From: Lingula anatina
Taxonomy: Eukaryota > Animalia > Brachiopoda
Assembly (NCBI GenBank): GCA_051362555.1
Contig: CM120644.1
Coordinates: 7,138,954 to 7,202,953, forward strand
Direction: 5' to 3'
Length of the DNA stretch: 64,000 bases
The translations under genes and the position numbers were made by a program. The notes below the pieces were generated by a model. The model was not told the origin of the DNA. It was given only the letters and a program-made list of their open reading frames with translations, and did no database searches. The number at the start of each line of letters is the position of its first letter. The stretch's first letter is position 1. Below, one piece after another: positions 1 through 12,361 of the stretch.

Positions 1-16
1 CCCCTCAAATAATTAA

Positions 17-258
17 AACAGAAGGCGGTTATTATTTAAACACAGAACAATATTTATTGGGAAGAAATATCAGTATTAATGCATAAATGAAAAGTAAAAG
101 ACATTATTGCTACAAAAAGTTCGCGCACTGAACGTACTAAGACGTGCTCAGAGCTATTTTTACAATTGCATGCGCACACATCTTGTTTGTACGATAATAA
201 TGCACATAAGAACCATTGCGTGACAAAACAAAAACCCACAAAGCAATTCTCGCTTTGG
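17..258. repeat. Dispersed repeat, copy A (about 240 bp)
   Basis: Direct, diverged match to 6088-6330, with shared blocks GGAAGAAATATCAGTAT, CGCGCACTGAACGTACTAAGACGTG and GCACATAAGAACCATTGCGTGACA. This copy stops at CTCGCTTTG, where another element begins. Confidence 0.85.
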
Positions 259-264
259 AACTAT

Positions 265-460
265 TTAAAAGCAGTGAGAGCGCAAACCTCCGCTAAGGCA
301 GCTCAAATCTCTTCTTTATTTTTAAAGCATTTATTAATTAGTTAGTTAATTACTTAATTTAATAAATACCACCAAAATCTTGCCCATTCCTGGCCTATCT
401 TGGAAATTCCACCTCTTCATAACATTTTGGATAATGTTGTAAACAGACGGACAAATCATT
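265..460 (+). mobile_element. Helentron-associated (HINE/DINE-like) non-autonomous element fragment
   Basis: Starts AAAAGCAGTGAGAGCGCAAACCTCCGCTAAGG and ends with an AAACAGACGGACAAA microsatellite-like tail. Related reverse-strand copies lie at about 3125-3352 and 53730-53878. The family assignment is from recall. Confidence 0.55.
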
Positions 461-489
461 AAATTATAATTAACCATTATTTAAACATC

Positions 490-1358
490 AGATAACCACC
501 TAACGTGGTTGTTAAAAAGTTTGTATGACAATGCCAAAGAAGTGATAAGGGTAAACAACCAGCACACAAAAGAGTTTCCATTTGAAGAGAAGTCTTGGAA
601 AGGCTCGATGAAAGACCGGGCAAAGTCCTTGTGTGGAGAACTGTATGGAACAATGGATATGCAGACTATACAACAATGGTGGCCAATTCCAGAGAAGAAT
701 GCAATGAGATGGAAGATACTTTGAATGTTTGCAGAGCAGTGGGCCTCGACATCCATAGAGCCAAACTATCTGCAATGACACTGCATGGGGGAGGGACATG
801 TGGAGATGGGGGGGGGGGGAGGATTGAGAAAGTGAAAAAGGTGAAGTTCCTGGGCTCATGTGTCACCCAAGACGGGGATAGCATTGTAGACATCAAGAGC
901 AGAATTTCGCAACCAAGATCTACCACCAACAAAATGGAAGAATTATGGAAGGCGAGAGAATTGTGTACATATCTGAAAGTAAGGTTAGCCAAGGCTGTGG
1001 TATGGAGTGCACTTCTGTACGGATGTGAAACATGGACCCTCGGGAGAAAATGAGAGGAGAAAATGATCCACACCTTTGAGATGTGGTTGTGGAGAAGAGT
1101 GTTGAGAGTGAAATGAACAAATGAGAGGGGTAAGAGAACAAGTAGGAATAACTGAAGACCATAGTATGCTGAAGGAAGTCCAAATGCGAAAGATCAGAAA
1201 GTAAAGGCATCGGAAGAGGAGACGTGGGAGCATGATCCTAGCATCTTTCGAAGGAGAAACGCATGGCAGGATGGAGTGGAGCAAGATCATAGACATGCTT
1301 GTGAAAGGAGACCAACGGCTCATTAATGGACTATGGCCAAATTCATTCATTCATTCAT
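490..1358 (+). mobile_element. Degenerate non-LTR retrotransposon (RTE-like), 3' part of the reverse transcriptase
   Basis: Translated pieces LKSLYDNAKEVIRVNN, YADYTTMVA (decayed YADD), KFLGSCVTQDG..DIKSRI and LLYGCETWTL...FEMWLWRRVLRV are typical of the RTE-clade RT C-terminus. It has frameshifts and stops and ends in a (TTCA)n tail at about 1342-1358. Confidence 0.85.
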
Positions 1359-1899
1359 AAGCGCTATTAGGGATACCAGTAGTGACAAAATAATTATAAT
1401 TGATAAATAATAATAATAATGAAAAAATTATAATGATGAAAATAGTACAAAGTATACATAGATGACACATACATGTAGCTAACTAATACATAACTTAACG
1501 ACTAATGTGAATAAAGTGAGAAAGAAATAATCAAAAAGATAGAAAGACAAAATATTGATGCATACGTTAAGGATGAGGACACACAATTCCTTTTATTATA
1601 CAGGATACTATGCTAAGAATAACAGAAATGTTAATAAGTGATACAGAGACATCAACAGAAAACCGACGCTTTCCCTATTTCTACTTTATCATATGTGTAA
1701 CCCATGTCAATATATGTATATAGTACAAATACATACATGTATACCCACATAATTTCTTTACTTTGAAAACTTTGAAAAGTCATGTTAAAATATGAAATTG
1801 TTGATTCAAGTTGTAATTTTTTCAGGCTCTATATAAACATTTGAGACTATGGTAAAATGTAAATATGGAGCAATAAGTGCATTATTGGGATGCAAACAA

Positions 1900-2417
1900 T
1901 TACACTGGCATTGCTCCAGCTAATGCTACCGCAAAGATGCTTTCAAACTTTGGTATTATTAACTCCCTTTTAGAATACATAAACCGGACGGGTTCTTCGT
2001 GCGTTTTGTTCTTTTCCAGAAGCAGTTTAAAGACTGGGTTTTCTACACGTGCGTACATGTCAACCTCAGAACCTTCGGGAATGTAGGTGAGGAGAGCTTT
2101 CAGAAGATGAATCATAGCGTCATTTGTTTCTGCATATAATGGTGAAATGAAAAACGTTTCTGGCGCTGAGCGCGCGACACCATACCCAATCACTTCACCG
2201 TCGTCTCCAAGAGCCGCCAGTGCGATGGCGACAGGTTTTGCCAGCCAAACCTGGATGAATCGAGGTCTTGAAAATGTACAGACGGATTTATCGTACCTTT
2301 CCAAGGCTTCAGCATTAACGTCACTGGCTGGAACGATTCGGATTGGTTTTGTGCCTGTAAATAGAGGAAAATGAAATCTGGTTTCGGATTACCTAAATCA
2401 ATGACACTGGACGAGAC

Positions 2418-2449
<32 letters not shown>

Positions 2450-2734
2450 TCATTGCTGAAATAGATCACCTGCCTGTAACCTGCTCTATGAAAAAAACAG
2501 TCTTTAGAATATATACATATGTACGCTCTTTAAACAGACGAGAAGATAAACACACAACAAAATTATTAATATTAGTAAAAACATACATAACATCTCCACC
2601 AAATAAAGTTTAACATATTTAGACTAATTTTATAATTTTAAACTTGATACTTTAAAGAAACCAATGCACATTTTATCCGTCTGCATTTAACCCCCCCACC
2701 CACCCCTACCCAACCCCCCACCCCACCCCCACAA

Positions 2735-2779
<45 letters not shown>

Positions 2780-4183
2780 TTTTGCAAACATGCATTACAA
2801 CAGCCAATAACGTTAAACCATGCAACCCCCGGACTTTATTCCAGATTTTGATCCCCCTGGAATCTCTTCCGAAAATCATTATAAATTGACTACAACCATT
2901 AGGTCCATGCTACAACGTACCTGCTGTTTGTTCTGGGGAAAGTGTTGTAAGGTCCAGTTTTCCTCGGCAGTAGAATAAACGACAGTAACTTCCATTGCTC
3001 AGCTGCATCCCAACTTTCAGATTTGGTGCTATCCGTGGTGGCAATGACCACAGTATAAGGTTCCGTCCCCCTATAATGCTCTGGACACGGGCTGCTATTT
3101 GCTTGGCTGGAACCAATCAGAATTGGTGTTAGTTTTTGGTTCTGTTAGCCTGTTTGCTACTTTGTCTTCCTGTTAGCAACATTATGCAAATAGCTATGGA
3201 CGGATTTTGATGAAATATTAAGGATACGTCATCCATAGCCTGAACTAAATGCAATATGGTTTTGGTGATGGTCCAATTATCAATTAATGGTTTATCATTG
3301 GTTTATTATTTGTCTTGGTGAAGTATACAATCCCTGAGTGCTTTTTTAGCTAGACTATGTTTTTGCTCAAAAGTTTAACAAACAACTTATTCTGTGCAGG
3401 CTACCTACCAACAGTCTTTCCTCGATATTCAGGTTTTACAGCGAAAAATCCAACAGACGCAGTCTCGTGGTCTAGTATGAAGACGACACGAGCACCTGAA
3501 TCATGCAAATGATAATTAGTTCGTCTATCTTCAACGGAAATCGTTTAATTCTAGTACTGAAATACTCACAGTACTTTATGTCTTCGTATACTTCTTATAC
3601 TAAACTGAAAATAGTATTTTGGTAAACTCTCTTTCAAATCGTGATTTTCAAAAACACTTTTTTTGGAATTGTTAATGCTATTGTGAAGTTTTTCATGTAA
3701 ATCTTTGATCGATTTCAGACTTTTTAATTTACAGACAATTTAATCATTATTAAATAGTAGTAGTAGTAGTAGTGTTACTTTTTTAGTAAAATACCGCACA
3801 CATACATGTAGGCTGACTACGAAGTTTCCCATAGGTCGGGGATAATTTGCATATTTTTTATAATACTAGTGGAGATTTCAGCAGCTGTGCTAGAAAAATA
3901 TCCAGATAACTCTAGATACCATTACTGCTCCAGCACATTTTATTTAGCCCAGTAAGGCTGCTAATTCAAGGCACATGTTGCATTTGAACCAGTCCCTGCC
4001 AGTGCTCTTAAATGTTTAACGGTGACCTCTTCTTGATTGAAAGAGTCAGATAGGAGGTCTTTTCGAATGAAACATTAATATGCAGCTTCCTCTTTTGAAG
4101 GAGTTCACAGAACGACGGCCTTTAAGCCTGTTCTCAGGTCCCCGCCACCAGAGTGGGCAGGGTTTCATTTAACGAAACCTAGC

Positions 4184-4220
<37 letters not shown>

Positions 4221-4441
4221 GAGAAAACGCCCTTACCAATAACCAGCCCGTTCAAGTCTGCAACTATGAACTCTCCGCCTTCTTCAACGATTTTTAGCAA
4301 AGTGGCGATGGTGTCTTTACTGAAATTCCATTGGACCTCCTTCATGAGGTTGAAGATCCCAGTAACATCGCTCAATTGAGCTTGTCTTATGACAACCTCA
4401 GACGTCCAGTCGTGCTCCTTTTTTGGGGATGTGTCAGCCAT
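1900..4441 (-). CDS. Tandem GNAT N-acetyltransferase (YitH/Acetyltransf_18-like C-terminal domain), 310 aa
   Basis: Exons 4441-4237, 3495-3409, 3106-2921 and 2354-1900, all GT-AG with compatible phases (933 nt). The N-terminal GNAT has VIRQAQLSD and acetyl-CoA motif A FAVKPEYRGKTVA. The C-terminal domain reads YDKSVCTFSRPRFIQVW...GEVIGYGVAR...ISPLYAE. An acceptor TTCCAG just before the ATG implies a further 5' exon. Confidence 0.85.
2737..2776. repeat. (CA)n microsatellite
   Basis: Directly visible, in GNAT intron 3. Confidence 0.95.
3125..3352 (-). mobile_element. HINE-like element, copy 2 (GNAT intron 2)
   Basis: The reverse complement begins CTAAAAAAGCACTCAGGGA...CACCAAG. It shares GATTTTGATGAAAT..AGGATAC with 53730-53878. 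Confidence 0.55.
4184..4224. repeat. (AG)n microsatellite
   Basis: Directly visible, next to the GNAT exon 1 donor. Confidence 0.95.
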
Positions 4442-6087
4442 TCTGGAAGCAGGCTCGGCTGTTAGCTCGATTGCTTAAAAAACGATTGTCGTAAAAAACG
4501 CTACATGGTTTAAAAACGGGTGTAATAAACTTTAAAACCACATAAAACGATCTTACAATGCCATCCTAGTCAACCGTAAAGGAAAATAACGCCATCAAAT
4601 CGGTTAACGTATAGTAAATGAATGTCGTTAAATTTCCATAGAATCCCATATATTTTTTTATTCTATGGGACCCTACGTAACGTAACAGTGCTATGGCGCA
4701 ACTATCTTTTTAGGTCAGGTATTTTAAGAATTCCACAGTCTGCGAACTTAATAAACATGCCTTAGACAGCACGTTTCACATAGTGTTGACTGAAATGAGG
4801 TCGCCAGCTATATATAGTCGGGACAAGGTAAATCTGCTTATACTATTGTTGGAGACAATAAAGGCATTGAACCCCCAACAGAACGCACAAGATATGAAAG
4901 AAATAATACAGAGCCCACAGATGTAATGCAAAGTGCTCTAAGGTGCGCCATATGCATAAAAAGAAAAAATGTTTGCATTTTTTATGGTTAAAAAGCGGGG
5001 TTGCAGTATTACAACACCTGAGTGGCGACCATTTGTTTTTTGTTACCGAAAATTTCATTTTAATGGCGCGATTTCAGTTAGCTATTTTCCATAGATAGGG
5101 TTGCATATTTTCTAAACGTCGGGCAACTGATGTGACTGGACAAATAAGGTCTTATGAAAAAACACCTCACGGTCTACCTACTGTATATAACCGGTACTGG
5201 TAGATGGGTGTGCGTCTGTGATATGAATATTAAAATGAAACCCAAGTTTCTCGAGTAGAGGCTGTGTTAATAAAGTAAGTACTCATGTGTAAAGTCAGGA
5301 AAACTTGGTGGTCCATGATGTTGTTCATGTTGCTTTGCGAGAGGGCGTGCTAGACAATTAAGCTGATCGCACTGACTGCGTCTGAGCAAGAATCCCCGCT
5401 GAGATATTTAGATCAAATTGATGAAAAAGATCTCGATGGCAGCTTAGCTGTTCAAAATATACCAAAAATCTCAAGTAAAATAGTGAGCTTTTCAACAGGC
5501 ATGATCATAATCATCGTTGCATTTGAAATCATTTTTACTGGCTTTCACGTCATCACCGCGCAAACCGAGCACGGGCGGATATCTTCCGGGCCCGGGGGCC
5601 ACATTGATTTTTACTAAATTTTACCATACATGCCTTTGGCTTATACACTTTTCTCTACAGCCAGAAGTTTGGAGTTGACTTCAACACTCAGCTGTCCTCT
5701 AGTTCACAGTAACGGACGGGAGCATATTGATGAAAGGTTACCCACCACCAGGGCCGCATTTATTATTCTGTGGACATTGTTGCTGAGGCGACAGTACAGA
5801 GATTAGCCATCTATTTAACCAGAGACATATCTCTTAATATCTAGTGAAAAATCAATCTGTGGCCCTGCTAGAGGGTAATGGAAGGTTCTTTGATCTAGCT
5901 ATTGCTACAGTTGAGATAAAGACAGCGGCTGAGTCAAATGCGACAGTTGAGATTGCGAAGAGAAGGCCTATTGCCTAAAATTATCTTTATTATCAAGACT
6001 CAACTTTGTATATATCCTGCGTTTTCGTACAGTTTATATTACTCTTTTAAATTGGCAATATTGGCCTCCCCCCTCCCTTCGACAATC

Positions 6088-6330
6088 AAAACAGACAGTG
6101 GTTATTATTTAAGTACAATACAATTTTATTAGGAAGAAATATCAGTATCAAAACATACATTAAAAATAAAAAACATTATTGCGACAAAAAGTACGCGCAC
6201 TGAACGTACTAAGACGTGTTCAGAGCTATTTTTTACAATTGCATACGCACACATTTCGCTTGTACAATAATAAAGCACATAAGAACCATTGCGTGACATA
6301 ACAAAAACCCACGAAGCGATTCTCGCTTTG
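6088..6330. repeat. Dispersed repeat, copy B (homologous to 17-258)
   Basis: Same orientation and shared blocks as copy A. It continues past the point where copy A is cut, so the full element is probably longer. Confidence 0.85.
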
Positions 6331-7350
6331 TGTCAGCATCCACGTAACAGATATTTTTATTTTTAGTAATTGCAAACGTAAAATTATCATGTAAAACCCC
6401 AGCGCCAAATTAACTTCTTCTTTGAAGTACAAATTTTAGTACCCAATCACAGTTAAAAAACAAAGTAGTACTAAATAATTTTAGCAAAAATTTATCTTTC
6501 GTTATCACAAATAATGAAGCACAGTAAGTGACGTAGAATTTCCACAGAGCGCTCCAAAAACATATTTACACCCGTGATGTTTACATTTTGCTATGTCACA
6601 AGTAATAAACCCTATGTTTGAATAAAAATTGTCCATTTGAAAATTAATGGCACCACTTTTGGAATGTTGAGCGATAAAAAAGTAAAAATAATAACTTTTT
6701 GATTATTTCACATCACATTGATTAAGACTTGCCTTATTTTAATAAACATTACAGGGGCGAGTTGAGAGAGGTGCAGGAGTAGAACCCCCGAAGTCTGAGC
6801 TTTCGACCGAAAGACATTCCTCCTTTCTTCGAAATTTGAATTCCCATTTGAAAAAGCATCAAATATTTTGAACACCCCCTCGCTATAAAGTACTGAATGT
6901 AACCAATACTGATGTGTCTAAAATATAAATACCCCCTCAATGCTGTCAAAACTAATACAAAAAATCTTCGTTAACTGCGGGCATACATATACTGTAGGTA
7001 CGCTCTTTAAAAATGCACAGCTACAAAACTGGAATCTAACACGAAGACCTGATACTGTGAAGACCACTTTTCAAATGAAAAAAAAAACAAAAAAAGCGAA
7101 AACCTGATACTGTGAAGACGAACATGCGTGCTTCAAATGGCACGTGGAAAGCCAAAACTTACATTGAGCCAGAATCTCAAATCCTACTGAGCAAACAGCC
7201 AACTGAATGAATGAGGTGCAATAAATCTAGGTCGCATGACCTCGGCTTCTCTAATACACTACATTTTCTTTTGTCTTCTTTACCCCCCTTTTTAAAGTTA
7301 AAATGCACCTTTCAATAGGGAGCGGTTTGACGTTACCAACAATGTCATTT

Positions 7351-9310
7351 CTAGCCGTCCAACAATTCCGCTTCATCTGTCATTTTTTCTTGCTGCCACG
7401 TGACCCGTTTGCCTTTCGAGTCGGCTTCCTTTTTTGTGGCTTTGGCACTTTCTTGTAACGCTTTCTCTAACTGCTCCTTGGCCCACTGTGCGTTTAGTTT
7501 ATTTTCTATGCGCTCGTAGAGGGCGCTCTGGACCGATCTTCGAAGGCGTCTGTGACGCTATATAAGAAAGAAAATGAATGGATTAAACAATTGTCGCACT
7601 GTTGGTAAACATGAGCGAATGATAGCAAACAATTGGATTTTATGTCATTCTTATCACGAACACCCCCGGACTACTCTAGTACTCCTAGTTCTCTCTCTCT
7701 CTCTCTCTCTCGTACTTTTGTTTTCAATTTCAAGTTTTTTTATGAGAATGTTAAGACCCATTTTCCTAAGGATTATACCTTTTGCATTTTTATAGGAAAA
7801 TGTACCATAATATTATATGTATAATATGTATAAAATATATATAATTCGCTGTCCCATACTCACCGTTGTTTCACAGTGTTTGTTTGGATAAGGCTCAGTG
7901 GGAAGTATTAGTTCTTTCTCCCACTTGGGTCCGTACTTAGCGGGTGGCGCCATCTTTTCTCCACTCAAATCTCGCAGTGGTACGGTGTCTAAACCATGAA
8001 CTGGAAGAGCGAAACAAAATATTCAGTAAATCACAATATTAAATGCGTATGCGCAATTTTACTTTTTAGTTTTTCTTTTGTTGTGTTCCTTTTCAAATCG
8101 ATTTTTTTCTCTTTTTTTTTTTTTTTTGTAATAATAGGGTACGATTTCATAGATTGAATTGAAGTGTTTAGGCAGCAAATGGCGTTTGCGTTCTTATTAA
8201 ACTATTCGATTCGTTACAAAAGTAGCAACATTTAAGCTACTGTCGATCTTATTTAGAGAAATTGCATAGTTATCAAATAAAGTATTATTGTTGGAAAAGA
8301 TCAAATAGTTACCCATTAAGCACGTATACTCACTTATATTGAGCGTTTTTGTCTTAAAGTAAATATTGTAGGGATCTTTGTCATAGTAGACGTCAAACTC
8401 GTCCAGCCCGAGGGTCTTAATAGGAGGCAGCTGGAATTTAAACAAAGAAATAAATTACTCTGTGCTATATGGCGATGAGAAGGCACTTTTAAAGATCTGA
8501 AAAATAAAATTAATAAAAAAAGGAGATGGGACACCTTTCTCGAAATATGCACAAAATTTAATACATCAAAACACTTTGACATTTAATAGTACATTTTAAT
8601 CATAGTTTTTTAATTGTAAGGGTTTACTTTAAGAAAATTATTAAAAGAGCCAGGGAAATAAATAGAGAAAAGACAGGGAAAAATAGAAGTAATATTAAAA
8701 AACTTACCCCTCTGTGGTCATGTGGTTTAGGAGGCTCGTATACACCAGCTTCGTATTGACCTGTCGTGGGGAACACGCGCTTTGCTTCCCAGGCGTCTGG
8801 GATACGGAACGCCGTGACAAGTTTTGCAGATCTTTCCCTCTTTGGTCTAAGCACTTGAGGTAGGGGTTTATCTTTCTCCCGGTCTATCTTAGGCTTTGGT
8901 TGACCCGGGAATGTCCCATATCTCCAGGGCTTCATAGATTCTCGTGAGCATCTCTTTGGGGGGTTGGGTTCGTAACACTGCGCCCGAAAATCTGGGGGCG
9001 GTTTTTTCCATATATCGAACTCCTTCGGGGGAGGTTTAAACACGTATCTTTCGCTGCGCAGTCTTTGTAAAGTCTCGTCTGCGTCGAAGGAAGTCCTGGA
9101 TTCAAACCCAAAAGGCACCAGGCCTAGAGTACTGGTGACTGTACTGACTGTCCGTGCTCTCTGTCTGTCCCCACTGAGGCGATTATTTCCCGTGGGACCC
9201 GAAGTTTCTTGTAAGCCCCCAATCCCCGCAGGGGCGCTCCGTCTGCCAACGACAACCGACATCGTCACCGTAGATGTCTTCTGGAAATGTGAAATACTAG
9301 TGGTTAACAT
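7351..9310 (-). CDS. C7orf78: C7orf78-like uncharacterised conserved protein, about 347 aa
   Basis: Exons 9310-8708, 8430-8334, 8000-7864 and 7557-7351 (GT-AG, phases 0/1/0). Motifs FESRTSFD, IWKKPPPDF, GQYEAGVYEPPKPHDHR, YDKDPYNIYFK, WEKELILP and TRHRR..SALYERIE occur in the order I recall for human C7orf78. The symbol needs BLAST confirmation. Confidence 0.75.
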
Positions 9311-12300
9311 GGTCGTGTATCTTAAATGTGTTCTTTAGCGAATGGACTCTCCCTTTACGTTTTCTCTCTCTCTTTCTTGCTCTCTCTCTCTCTTTATATG
9401 ACACACACACACACACACAAACACAAACACACACAACCATGAGAGGGTAGTGCTATTAATAGCACATTCAATTATTTGGCAAGACATGCCCACGGTGAGA
9501 ATGTGCCTCTGAAATTCCTTTCATCTGTTCAGTTCTACTCCAGTATATACCCCACGGTTTTTTAACCTGTCTGGCTACAAAAAGGGGACGTCTAGACATT
9601 TTCCTTCGAGGCATTGGATGTCAACCAGCTGCCGTATGTACAGCGTATAACTTCAGGCCATAATTATCCTGTGCTTATATCTTAAATCATAACATAAAAA
9701 TGTAACGCCGTTTTTCATATTTTTTATGCCCAGCACACTTGGATTAATGAACTTTGACCTTTCTGAATGTTAAGATATCCGTGCTTTACGCCTCACTGCA
9801 GCGCCTATTGCACCACTAAATCTATTGTTGGTATTGTGAATTGTGAATCACCTGTTTCCTATCATTTCCGTCTGTAAAGGTTCGTGTTTATGTGGGGAAA
9901 TACAAAGCCTTGAGATAACACGTACCTGCTATACCTAGCATTAAGATCTATTCGTATCTTTTCCTATGTAACCTATACTAGCTAAGTCAGAATTTAGTCA
10001 TTAAAAACCGATTACTCCCTAGTGGGTGTTGCTACATGTAGCAGGCAGTTAAATTTATACTGTGACTGTTTGACATGAAACCCTTAATTACTGGACCATG
10101 CAGAGGATGATTTTGCAGTAGAATATCAGTCGGTTTTAATTGAGACCAAACATATTCAATCATTCCGTCCCACGAAAAAATCAACACTAGTCCACCCGCA
10201 TTGATATCCGAGTCTGTTTCACACTAAGTCAGAAATGCTTTAAGTTTTACACCAATATTCAACTTTATAGCAACATAATTCTAGTCGGTGGCTATACAGT
10301 AGCTGACGACTGTAAGGTCCTACGACTGGAATACTTTTGTGAAACTGGATCCATTTCTTTTCACTTATCAGTCCAAACTGAATGATGCGAGAACAAGATT
10401 AAATTATGCACCGTAGGTCCTAGTCAACACCGGTAGCTTTTGCTAGTCAACTGTTTCAGCTTATGTTTAATGTGATATCACAAATACTATTTAGTAACTG
10501 TAAAAGAGAAATCTTTCATACTTATTCTTCCTCGACTGACAGGTGATAGCGTATTAACCCAGAATTAAATTATTAAGCACCAATTTCATTTTAAATTATC
10601 ATCAACCCCAGTAGCAAGTGAGCTCACTGTCTAAGCTAATTTTTATCGATAGTCAATTACCTACTAATATAGCGTAATATGATCAAATGGGGCTTAATGA
10701 AATGATCGAACATTTAATCTGGGACTTAATTAAGTCACAGTCAAGCAAGAACGTGGCTGTTAAACCAAAACCTACTGCAATCGACTTAACTCACCTCATT
10801 TCTTCTAGAACGCCTTCCCCTGTGTTATCAGCTTGTCTTTGACTTCGCTTGGTGAACAAATCTTAACTCGGGGCCCGAGTACACATGGCTGTGGCGTTGC
10901 TAAGGAGTCGACGCATGCGCACGTGAAAGGTAAATAGTAGCTTTTGTCCCGATTGTCAACATAGTTATGATAGCTAATGAAGTGTGGATATAGCCCCCTT
11001 TTGGGGCTGGACTTCTGTCGATAATAGATGGTAAACAGTACGCACGCATTACCGCTGAGATTGCCATAAAGATTTGACAAGACGGTTTGTTTATAAAACC
11101 ACGGCGGCTTTTACATAATGCTTTATTTTTCGTCTAGGTTATAGTACAGTCAAATTTTTCTAGAGCTATTACAAATATAAATTGATCTTGGCGTAAACAA
11201 CGCGGTAAGCCACTTTTAAAACATATGAAACCCAGTTTCATTTGTGCTTAGCTTCGAATAAACTTAGAAAAAAATTATCGAGAGAGAGAGAAGGAGAGAG
11301 ACATTTGTAATTCAATATCTATGCCACTGTCCGCTTGTTTGGGGCCATTATTTATTTTATTTTTATTTTTGTCTGTCTTCAACCCAGTGCAACACTTATT
11401 TATTTCACAATCCTCTTCATCTTGGCTCAAGTTAAATGCCACAGAGCAATTTTATATCTGGGAGAATATAAACTAATGGTGATTTGCTGCATTATTTGGC
11501 TTAATTTTTTATCCTGACAAAAATCTGGCCAAAATCAACATGGTTTCTTAAAAACAAAAAGGCAAAAAGGTCTTAAACGACGCACATGTAAATTACAAAC
11601 CATGAAAAATAATGTCGAAGAACAATCTAACTATAGACGTTTACTTTGATTATTTATTCATTCTACAAACGTAATAAATACATCGAAGAAGTGCTTTGCA
11701 TGGTAAAAAATTAAAACCTTGAGCAAAAGAGAGCACTGTAAATTTTCACTTGAATGCACTAATAAATCCATCATGGTAATTGCATAGTATGAACATATAC
11801 TATAATGTGCATAGTTCCTTTGCCAACCAAGCGTCCCTAGGCATAACTTTTATGGGCTTCGAGACAGGTGCCCTTTAAACTGAGTTTTTAGTTTCACAGT
11901 ACAATGTCTACATATTTGAATTGTGATTCCTGTCCTCTAACATAACAATACACCGTCATTTAGAAACATGATGTTCTTGTTATAAAAAGTACCCTTTCAG
12001 TAAACAGAAATTAATCGGGAGCAACGTCGTTCAACGGGTTTCGACATTCTGCATTGCGACAGTTGGGCCGCAATGCTTCGAAAACACAATAAATCAATTC
12101 TTTAAGAAAATTCGGCTAAATTCTTCTTACTGCACTGCATGTCTGACAAGTATGAAAATACATTTAACCTCCAATGCACTTATAAAAACGAATAACAAAG
12201 ATACTCACATGTAAAATTATTGCTATGTCGTCATGGATGTATGCCGATTATGACACTGAAATAATTCACATTGGAGCAAACATTTGTCCAACGCTAAATG

Positions 12301-12361
12301 CAAACATAACAATGTGTGCCCTCTTTTAAACACTGGACTTCCACAAAAATCCCTTAACTCG

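Noticed and set aside
7047-7120. ACCTGATACTGTGAAGAC repeated twice
   Set aside because: A short local duplication around a poly-A tract, with no evidence of function.
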